From positions 113,517 through 133,516 of the forward strand of contig CAJNYD010000001.1 of the NCBI GenBank assembly GCA_905331295.1: a stretch of 20,000 nt of DNA, read 5' to 3'. Within the stretch, counting starts at the first letter, position 1, and every line of letters starts with the position of its first letter. The notes under the pieces are model-generated. The model made no database searches and was not told the DNA's origin. It saw only the letters and a program-made list of their open reading frames with translations. The position numbers were made by a program, and so were the translations under genes. Source of the stretch: Rotaria socialis. Taxonomy: Eukaryota. Shown one piece after another: positions 10,622 to 20,000 of this stretch.

Positions 10622-13124
10622 TTAAATTGATCGTCGAAAACATAACCAATCTTCTAAATGTTCTAGATGAGTTAGAACTAGTTCAGCAAAAAGAGAATTG
10701 ACCCAAGCAAACCTAGAATGATTTGAAAATAGATATAGAAAACAAAAACCTTTCGTGAGAAATAATTTACCATCCGCGAGTAAATTCGAATGGATTATTA
10801 ACATTAAAACTTTCGTGCATAGAAAATGTATAAGCATGACTGACTTCTAGTCTTTGCCATATATAATCTAAATCTTTAATTGTATTATTATTAATAATTG
10901 TTGTTAATCCTTCCATGATAATAGCCATTGGCCAAACATAATTTGCTGCTGTATGTTGACTTCCTATACCCGACACATTTTTACCTTGAAAAAAATAAGG
11001 ATTGCCTTTGGATAAAATAAATTGACGTGTTGATTGCATTAGTAGATTTGATGGATCATAAGGTGTTTTAAAACCTAAATAAGTTGCTGACAGAAGTGAT
11101 GGTATATTAGCATCATCAATAAGTAAATGCTGAGAAAAACCATCAGTTTCAAATGCATAAATTTTTCCATATTTTTCATGATTAACTGTTCCATATGTAT
11201 TTATACCAGAAAGAATATCGACATGCAATTGAACAATCTAAATCATGGAAGAAAAACACTAGCATTGTAATTACTTGTTTACCATAGGCTAGTTAAATTG
11301 TTTGATCTATCAAATATAATTAGGAATATAGAAAGAATATTTTTAAATGGATTCTATTAAAAATATTTGCAAATGTAATGATTCATTTTTTATGATAAAA
11401 CTGCATTTATATAATATTAATCAAAACCTTTTTAAATAATTATTTTGAATCTAAGATTAGCACGAATTGTTGATATGGTATTTCAACAGTTATAAAAGCA
11501 TATCAGAGATTAGTCCAACTTTTGTTTTTACTCTTATTGTCCATAGACATCGCATGAGAATATATTAGAATATGATTTTTTTTTCCTAATCGTCTTGTTC
11601 ACAATAATTAGGAAGATAAAAATGTAACTATGATTCTTGAAGATAATTCCATTCTGTTCAATATTTTAATTGAAGAATATTTCATATTGCGCATACTAGA
11701 ACTTATGAATTTTTCCTAAATACTGTATCTATAAATCGCACGTGTTTCAGTTTTTTTTCTTCTAAATTTAATTTAATTTAATTTAATTAACAAACTTCAA
11801 TAAGTTAGTGTACATATGGCTAATACAAGCCTAATGGAGCAGAGGTAAATCTTACTCGTGTTAAATATACATACTTGGTTTAAAAGTGAAATTTGTTCAG
11901 GAAATAATTTTTTAATCATTTCCATTAATTGTTCTAAAACAACACATGCCATCATATTACTGGGTATAAGATAGCCATATTTTGTTGCATCATCACTTGG
12001 TCGAAAAGCGCTCCAAGTCATTCCTGTGTAAGCGACCTTAGAACCTTGATGATTATTATCTAATTCTGTATAACGATAAAGAGAAATTTCTGAATGATGT
12101 TGTTCAACAGTCATAATTTGAATTATAATTGAAATAGCTTTTAACCATTGATGATTAAATATATTTGTTCGTTGACTTTTTTTCCACCAAAAATAACTCA
12201 AACGTACATGATAACATAAACTATCTAATTCATAGTTATGCATAGCAACATAAAGATTACGACCTTTCTGAACGTGTACTGGTTCAAGAGAATCATCAGA
12301 CGGAGGGTTGGGACGAAGAGTTAAACGAAATGCACTTGCATATGGATTAGTAAAAATAAATTGAATTTGTCGACAAATCAGACCTTCAATTATACGCTGA
12401 ATTTCGAAGTCTTGCCATAATGTTAAATATTGATGAACTTGGGCACTGAATTCAAATTTTTAATTAATCGTAATTTCTCAATGTTTCTTCTTTTTGTTTC
12501 TCTATCTTACCTACTGTCACGTAACCACATAAGATCAATATCACCGGTAATTATATATGTTGATTTATCATCGAGTATTGTTGTCGTTGTTACAAGTGTA
12601 TCTGAGTAAGTTTTTTTAAATAATTTACACCATATTGCTCCACCGACTTGATCAGCTCGTTTTAATCGTCGACAAACACGATTAATTTCATGTGCAACAG
12701 ATCTAGGTAAATCTGTTATGTTATATAATGGTTTTGGAATAGTTTGATTTAAAAGAAAAGTCGGTTGATAAGGTACAGACGGATATTCTTTTGTAGGTAT
12801 CCAGATCCATGGTTGACCATCAGGAGACATATCGCTAGTTAATAACACTTTCAGCTTTTCAAGTGCTCTTTTAGATCGTTCAATGGTACTGATAGCATCA
12901 TGATTAAAATCTTCTGATTTTGAACTAATAATTGACTCTTGTAATTTACATGATGAAGAAAATGGAAAAATGCTCGCCATAAAAAGTATATTAAATGAAA
13001 CAATTAGTCCTATTATAAGATATATCAATCGCAAATTTTTAAACATTTTTCGTTTTGGAATTGATTGAGATAAATTACGAATAAAACGAAGATAATATTC
13101 ATTGTAAGATCCACGAGAACACAT
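10622..13124 (-). CDS. Glycoside hydrolase family 125 (DUF1237, exo-alpha-1,6-mannosidase-like) with N-terminal signal anchor, 580 aa, 4 exons
   Basis: Exons (minus strand) 13124-12511, 12445-11875, 11237-10771, 10712-10622. GT-AG introns of 65, 637 and 58 nt join three track ORFs and the 3' part of a fourth into one 1743-nt frame. GH125 motifs in order: TGDIDLMWLRDSSAQ, NPYASAF, YELDSL, WSAFRPSDD, YLIPSNM, DDANIPSLL, GIGSQHT, WPM, MHESF, FTRGWFAWVNSLFAE. Hydrophobic segment LIYLIIGLIVSFNILFMASIFPF at aa 33-55. Confidence 0.93.
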
Positions 13125-14322
13125 TTTGTTTAATAATAGTTAATAAAAATTATTTATAAGTAGAAAAGAAAAATGATTTGAAAGAAAACAATAAGGAAAG
13201 TTACAATATCTAATGAGATTTTTCGCCACCTAATAAAATAATATTCAATACTAAGATATAACTCAAAGAAAAATGATTTCTATCAGCTATCTTTCTTTTT
13301 CATTGGTCAGGTATTAAATAAATCTTTCTTCAAATAATACATCAATCATTACTATATGAAGATGCATTTTATATTACAGTTTCAATTCAATACTATTTGT
13401 TCAAGTTGATCTCTTGGAAATTAGTTTGATTCTTTGCTAATAACGAATGAATCAACGTATGTTCTTCTAATTATGAAAATTGTGTAGAAACAATTAAAAA
13501 ATGATTCATGGCCGGCTTTAAATAGGTTCTAAAAATAATATTCAATAAAACATCACATGAGTAAGTAATTTAGAAGTTAAGCAGAAGATTATTTTTATTG
13601 AATATTTTAGTATAGATACTCACTACAAAGCAAGAAGTCTCTACGTGAACTTTTTACAGTACTAGATTTCAATACGATTTTCTGAAGCATTGAAAGTTGC
13701 CGCCAAAAATGTTAGAACTTATTAGTTTCGAAGGCTTTCCGACTAGAACAAGCAAATGCTCACGAAATAGTACTACAATATATAGAACCCTAAAAAATTC
13801 AGAACGATAACTTGTTATGAGATAGTCGAGATAAATCAATGAATTTCACGACAACATTTGTAATATCGAAAAATTGTAAAGCTCTGTTGGATTTCAAATT
13901 TATAGAAAAGCCGTTGAAACTTGCAAAAATCACTCACGTTTTCTTCTATTAACACCATGTGCTCTATGACGCCAAAAAGCTTATATTTAGATTCAACCTA
14001 CGAAATTGGATATGAAAGCATGAATTTAATTTATGTCTTTGTATCCAATACCACGTGGGATTTCTAAATATCACTCTTTTTAGGTTTCAAGGGCAAACGA
14101 AAAAGTTTACCAAAGCTTGTTTTATTGAGAGAAGAAAAGAGAGTATATCTATTGGTTTGATATTTTTTTTCGATCGATTTGACATTAAAACAAAATTTGA
14201 AATTTTCGTATTAAATAAGGTGCACCAAGGCCAAAAATCCAGCAGAAGAAAACTTCCTTTTATTATTATATGGTTAGATAGCGCTTGATGAGTAGATCAT
14301 GAATATCACCTTTAAAATATTT

Positions 14323-14700
14323 GTAATGTCGACACGACTGAGTGGATATGTTGTTCGACACATATTCACAATATACTGTGTTCAAACCTCAGTATCACCA
14401 GTCATGCAAAGACCCTGAACAAATCACTAACGACTACTTGTCTCGGATGACTAATTCGATAGTGCATTGATTGCATTGCTAGTCAATATACAGAGTCAAA
14501 AACAACCCCACCATAGATGTCACAATCACGTGACACTTAATGATGATCACCAACCCATATGGAAGAAGCGTTGGACGGAAAGGAGTGCAGATACCATCTT
14601 CCGTAAAAAAAGAAAAAGATGAAAGAAACTGGCGCACGTGGAGTCCAGCGCTGGCCCCAACGGGTGACAAGCCTATGGGAGCTATTATTATTATTATTAC
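14323..14700 (+). mobile_element. 378-bp insertion, probably a 5'-truncated non-LTR retroelement or SINE
   Basis: Flanked by the exact 10-bp duplication TAAAATATTT (14313-14322 and 14701-14710). It is absent from the opposite arm of the foldback, ends in a (TAT)n tail and looks less AT-rich than its flanks. The 3' translation GRSVGRK...KDERNWRTWSPALAPTGDK loosely recalls RTE-clade ORF C-termini. Confidence 0.7.
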
Positions 14701-15875
14701 TAAAATATTTCTAGGCTTCCGTTTTGATTGAGAAATTTTCAAAATACAAACTGCACGTGAAAAAGCGAATATTTCACTTTTTTCGAGAAAACTCGAAATT
14801 TACCTAGTTTAACAATGTTCTACGCGTAGAAAGCTATCATCATTCGATTCAGCATGCAACTCTGAATCTACTGATGTAACTTTGATTAGTAAAAAACATT
14901 GAGTTTCATGTTTGAGGAGCTCAACTAGGTCCCCATATAGACACCTTGAAATTGATGTCTCGCAAAATCATCAACTATCTTTTTTCAAAGTAATTCTCGG
15001 ATTTTCTTACATTATTCGAACCGCCAAGCAATAGCGAACAAAAGTATATATTCAGTTTGAAAAATATTGTTCTGTCTCTGAGAAAATCGAGTTTTACTAG
15101 ATTGGCGGCTATAGGTTAATGAATTACCTTCTTATTTCGAGGTTTTGACTATCAAAACTCAACTTCCATGCAAAATAAACATCAGATTCAGAATCAGCAC
15201 GAAAAGCAACATTAACTATCATAAGTTTTATCAAAAAATAATTTTCATCAAAATTTTACCAGTTGGGGAGGGGGTACAGGATAAAATCAAGAAAAAAATG
15301 ACTGAGCGGTAGCAGGCTGGAATTTTGATGAAAATTATTTTTTGATAAAACTTATGATAGTTAATGTTGCTTTTCGTGCTGATTCTGAATCTGATGTTTA
15401 TTTTGCATGGAAGTTGAGTTTTGATAGTCAAAACCTCGAAATAAGAAGGTAATTCATTAACCTATAGCCGCCAATCTAGTAAAACTCGATTTTCTCAGAG
15501 ACAGAACAATATTTTTCAAACTGAATATATACTTTTGTTCGCTATTGCTTGGCGGTTCGAATAATGTAAGAAAATCCGAGAATTACTTTGAAAAAAGATA
15601 GTTGATGATTTTGCGAGACATCAATTTCAAGGTGTCTATATGGGGACCTAGTTGAGCTCCTCAAACATGAAACTCAATGTTTTTTACTAATCAAAGTTAC
15701 ATCAGTAGATTCAGAGTTGCATGCTGAATCGAATGATGATAGCTTTCTACGCGTAGAACATTGTTAAACTAGGTAAATTTCGAGTTTTCTCGAAAAAAGT
15801 GAAATATTCGCTTTTTCACGTGCAGTTTGTATTTTGAAAATTTCTCAATCAAAACGGAAGCCTAGAAATATTTTA
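14701..15875. repeat. 555-bp inverted repeat with 65-bp spacer, no mismatch found
   Basis: 14701-15255 is the reverse complement of 15321-15875. Coordinate sums are 30576 at both ends, so there is no net indel, and no mismatch was seen on manual comparison. Confidence 0.95.
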
Positions 15876-18800
15876 AAGATGATATTCATGATCTACTCAT
15901 CAAGCTCTATCGAACCATATAATAATAAAAGGAAGTTTTCTACTGTTCGATTTTTGACCTTGGTGTACCTTACATTCTAATAGAATGGGTGAATTATTGA
16001 TATACATGAATAGTCTCGGAAACGATTACAAAGACCAGCTTGTAAATTTACTCTGTCGTAAAACAATACTTTTGTGACTTTATATCTGATTAATCAATAT
16101 TAAAAATGAAATTATATTAACCCAGAGAGATACAGCATTTTTTCAAATAGTCGACTGTAAAGGGTTAGATAGAAATAATCTATTAAATGTGGTTGCAAAT
16201 AACAAGAAATATCACATGCATTTTCTAGTGAAAAAACAAGTATCAGAGAATTCTACTGTTGGTATACCTTGATGAGCATATTTCGTTTACTTTGAAAGTC
16301 TTTGGTATTGATACGAGACTAAAAATTATTTTGATCAGTTATTCCATAGCATTTTGATCTGTCGACTTTGGACTTTGTTGAATGTCTAAATTTAATATTG
16401 AATTTTAAAATTCTCACTTGTTGAGAGAGCAAGAATTCAATATTTGACCAGTTCAATGCAGAATTTTCTATGCTTGATGGTTATTTTTCGAGAAATATTG
16501 AAATATAATCAAAATAAAACCACACCTCGCGTAATACATATAATATTCTCGAGTGATGGAAAAATATGTTTTGTCCGTTTTGAAGAACAGAAAAAAATGT
16601 ATTGATAAATTCCAGATGCCATATGAAGAGCTTGTTTGACAAATATTATATTTGATGAATAGCTGATTTGTCTGATAAAATTTGAAATCAATATTAGAGA
16701 CTATTTTTTTCAGATTCAAAATTCAAAAATTCGTCATAAATGTATTTTTGCTGAGGCTACTAATATATTTCGTTCTGACTCGTTGATTTTCATTATTTTA
16801 TGTTAGATATTTGCTGTAGAAATTAAAGAAATATATACGTCTAACTTAAAGAACTCTATTAAATTAAATATAAAACTCGAGGCACATTGACGCCTTTTAT
16901 AACGATGTATAGGGTCACATTGGTTTATCCCTAACGTATTGAGACTATTATTTGTTTCTCCTAGTGAGTGATTAGAAATGCAAAGCGCGAGAAAATCGTT
17001 TTTGATATTTAAACACAAGAATATAAAAAGCATGTTTATGCGATGAACGATATAATACTTAGCATTTTATCAATGCTCGGATTCTCATTACTATTTTCAA
17101 TTGAACGAAATTTTTGGTTCATGAAATAATAACTATACCGTCGTATTTGTTTTTGTAACACGCGAATTGCTAGAGTCAAACATTTTCATTTCACAAATGA
17201 TCTGTCTGTACACTTAATTTAATTGATCACATGATGCAGAGAGCATGATCACTTTTCAATGTAATCGCAATCATCGATTCCAACAGATCGGTCTTACTTA
17301 TAATTCAAGCATTGACAGGCTTTATTTCTAATAATTAGAAAAAATACATTTGAAAAAAATAAAACTTATCCTATTTTTAAAATATAGCACCGAAGTCAAA
17401 TTAGTTTATAATTAGAATTTTCAAAATTTCTATTTTTATAAAAATATCAGTTGTAAAAAAATGTGAACTCTATTGGCAAATATTATTAAAGGATATTTCT
17501 ATTACTTGTATCTCATATTCTTACTTGTGAGTAGTTACATCTAGAAATCTGTGTTTTTCTATATGATTGCACTTCCAAAAAAATTGTAAATTATTCTTAT
17601 ATCTAGTTATGTTGGGTTATGCAGTAAAGTTTCTACCTATTTTTTATTACTACGAAAAAACTGATATGTATGCATGTTGACAGTTTGAAAAATCTTCAAA
17701 ATACCTCTACTAATATTATATAATAATTTTTATTTCTTTACATAAATAACTTTCATTTGTTGGTAAAGAAATCTGCAATTGACTCAACTTATGCTTGTTC
17801 AATGTGTCGTCTAAATGTCGATTAAAAATGATTAGTATATAAAACTACGATTTCTAATAATATTTCGAAGTAATAAAGAGAGAAGGTTGAAATTTATTAC
17901 GTAAACATTGAAATGAGTGTAGCGTAAAGAAATAGTTTGACGCTGTGGAATATAGAATCCACCAGAGTACCATCCTAACCGATCTACGCTAATTTGTTTT
18001 TCTTCGTTTTGAATTCATATTAGAGATCAAGCTGTTACAGTTATGTACCAAAAATTATACATTTTAAGTGCTTTGACCAACCAGATTAATTATGATTTGA
18101 CAATATTAAAGATAGGTTACTAGGAAAATGAGAACTACTAATTATACAATCTCGCGTCTTTCTGAAAATACGATGAATTACTAATACCTATTTCAGAAGC
18201 AATTGGCACAATTTTCATTTTCTAGAGTGCTGTTTTACAATATTTTAAAAACTTTACTGGTTCAAAGGGACAGGAGGAGAGAGAAACAAAAAATCTAAAA
18301 AGACGCATTTTTTTATTGTCCATTGTTAGGCCATAGAAATCGAAGAATTTTAATCTCGGACATTTTCTACAGCTAGCTCATATTTTTCTCAATTTCAATC
18401 GACAATATTCTTTTTCAAAGCTACTGCTGACTAATCCTATGTAAATTTAAACAATCTTCTAGGAGATTCATAATTTAAAAAAATGAGGAAGTGCATCCAT
18501 GGGGAAAAATAAAAAAACACAAAAAATAATCCAAATAAAGTAAGAGAATCCACAGGCTACAAGCCCTTCGAAAAAGAACTGAATTTTTATGTGCTTCTAT
18601 CGTGACCATTGCATCTCTTTGAAATAAGGAATCAATGAGCTCAACTTTGACAACAAATTAGAAAAATATCTCTATCTATCAGCCAAAGAATTTTCAAAAA
18701 AGTTGAAAAATAATTGAGCGAAGAGTGGTATTATGCGTATGCCGTCCTAAATGAAAACACATTCCTCATTAAGAATTGCATACGTTTTTCCTGATGTATA

Positions 18801-19839
18801 CTAGTTAAAAACCAATATAATGAGGGACGTGCTTTCACACAGAACTGCACTGGTGGTGACTACCGCTCGTAACTCGATTATTTCTCAAGTATTTTTGAAA
18901 TGTTTTTGAGTAATCGATAGGGAAGATAGTTTTTGTATATTGTTATCAAAGTTGTTTTCATTAATTCTCTATTTCACAGAGATAAAACAGTCACAATAGA
19001 AGTATATAAAAAAAGAGTCGCTTCTTATGAAGAGTCTGTAACTATTCCACCCAAATAAATTAGAATAAAGGCGTACAGATGTGTAATAGCGACAAGAAAT
19101 GACGAAATAATGAAAAGAAACGAAAACAAAGCAGTAAAGAAAGTATAAAATAAAAAATTTATTCGAGCGACATATCGAACTTGACTTAGCAAATTGAGGA
19201 AGAAATTATTGATAAGTAAATATGATAAAACGGAGCAGAATTATACGAACGGTTTAATCAATTCTACTAAATCGTTCTCATTGGGTTATAGTATTGGTTC
19301 TGAGTATCTGTTCTGAGTATTAATGCTTGACTCCATAAATTATTTGAAAACACCGTATATTTTGTGCCAGCTAAAAACATAAATGTAAAAAAGTAAACGT
19401 TATTTTTTTAAATATTTTATGTTTAGGTACTTTGTGCTGATGCACAGCCAATCGTGTGTCTGCATGTAGATAAAAAAAACATAATTAAAAAAAATTCTAG
19501 CAAATTTTTCAATCAGAGAACTATCCTAATTAGTAATTTAAATGTTCTTATGCCTTAGAGCTCATGCAGCCTATGCATTTGTTTTTTTTTCCTTATTGCA
19601 TGCATGAGTAAATAAATGATTATGATGTAAGAATTTATTTTTACTTCATTTGCTTCGTGTTGTATATTTTACTTACCTATGAGGCATTGCACGTAAGCCA
19701 CGACCGTTTTCTACAAAACCTTGCTCAATCCATATCACGGATTTGATTGCCATTTTTGCAGTAGATACCTACATTAGAGCTAGAAATAAACCTAAAATTT
19801 CAGCTCAAACGGATGAGCCGTTCTCGAGATATATGGCTT

Positions 19840-20000
19840 CCCAGGTCGAAGAATCTGACACAAGATCTTATGAAATACTTACAAGATCTTGGAATATGTG
19901 CGAAGTCTTACAAGAATCTGACAAAAAATCGTAGTCTCTGAGATCTTAGATCAAGTCTCACAATCAGATTCTTGAAAGATCGTACACATTGATAAGATCC
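19840..20000. mobile_element. Second, diverged copy of the 2252-2563 MITE family, cut off by the window end
   Basis: Starts CCCAGGTCGAAGAATCTGA. AAAAATCGTAGTCTCTGAGATCTTAGATCAAGTCTCACAATCAGATTCTTGAAAGAT aligns with AAAACTCGTCGTCTCTGAAATCTTACATTAAGTCTTACAATAAGACACTTGCAAGAT near 2305-2360. Confidence 0.7.

Larger units (their letters stand above)
14216..15972. mobile_element. Foldback / long-TIR non-autonomous DNA element (Kolobok- or Harbinger-like ends, superfamily unresolved)
   Basis: Termini TAAGGTGCACCAAGG ... CCTTGGTGTACCTTA. Outer arms 14216-14322 and 15866-15972 are inverted copies with 8 mismatches counted by eye. Inner arms are 14701-15255 and 15321-15875, around a 65-bp spacer at 15256-15320. 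No coding capacity. Confidence 0.88.

Noticed and set aside
15231..15431. 66-aa ORF across the palindrome centre, and ORF 14479-14742
   Set aside because: These are chance ORFs in repeat DNA with no transposase motifs.
17925..17992. Minus-strand TTAGCGTAGATCGGTTAGGATGG resembling a tRNA 5' half
   Set aside because: No T-arm or acceptor stem was found.
16000..19839. Several MITE-like fragments (about 16300-16800, 18140-18760, 18820-19040, 19690-19839) and the short track ORFs in this region
   Set aside because: Paired termini and TSDs could not be defined, and the ORFs have no credible splice structure or homology.

Overview
AT-rich eukaryotic genomic DNA with many short (about 55-70 nt) GT-AG introns. 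The style fits a small invertebrate such as a bdelloid rotifer, but that is an inference. The ORF track misses or fragments all three genes because they are spliced. (1) 7082-8175 (+): an 8-exon, 220-aa secreted prohormone-like protein whose last predicted peptide resembles the CRF/urotensin-I/DH44 family and ends in an amidation signal. (2) 9623-10341 (+): a 5-exon group I nucleoside diphosphate kinase, with an in-frame upstream exon at 9043-9186 that would add a signal peptide. (3) 13124-10622 (-): a 4-exon, 580-aa GH125 exo-alpha-1,6-mannosidase-like protein with a type II membrane anchor, probably acquired horizontally. The flanks hold non-autonomous transposons. A hAT element with an 8-bp TSD (374-2990) carries nested MITEs. 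A foldback element (14216-15972) has inner 555-bp arms with no mismatch I could find, diverged outer ends, and a 378-bp retro-like insertion with a 10-bp TSD at the boundary between the two. All gene models were assembled by eye and need transcript confirmation.
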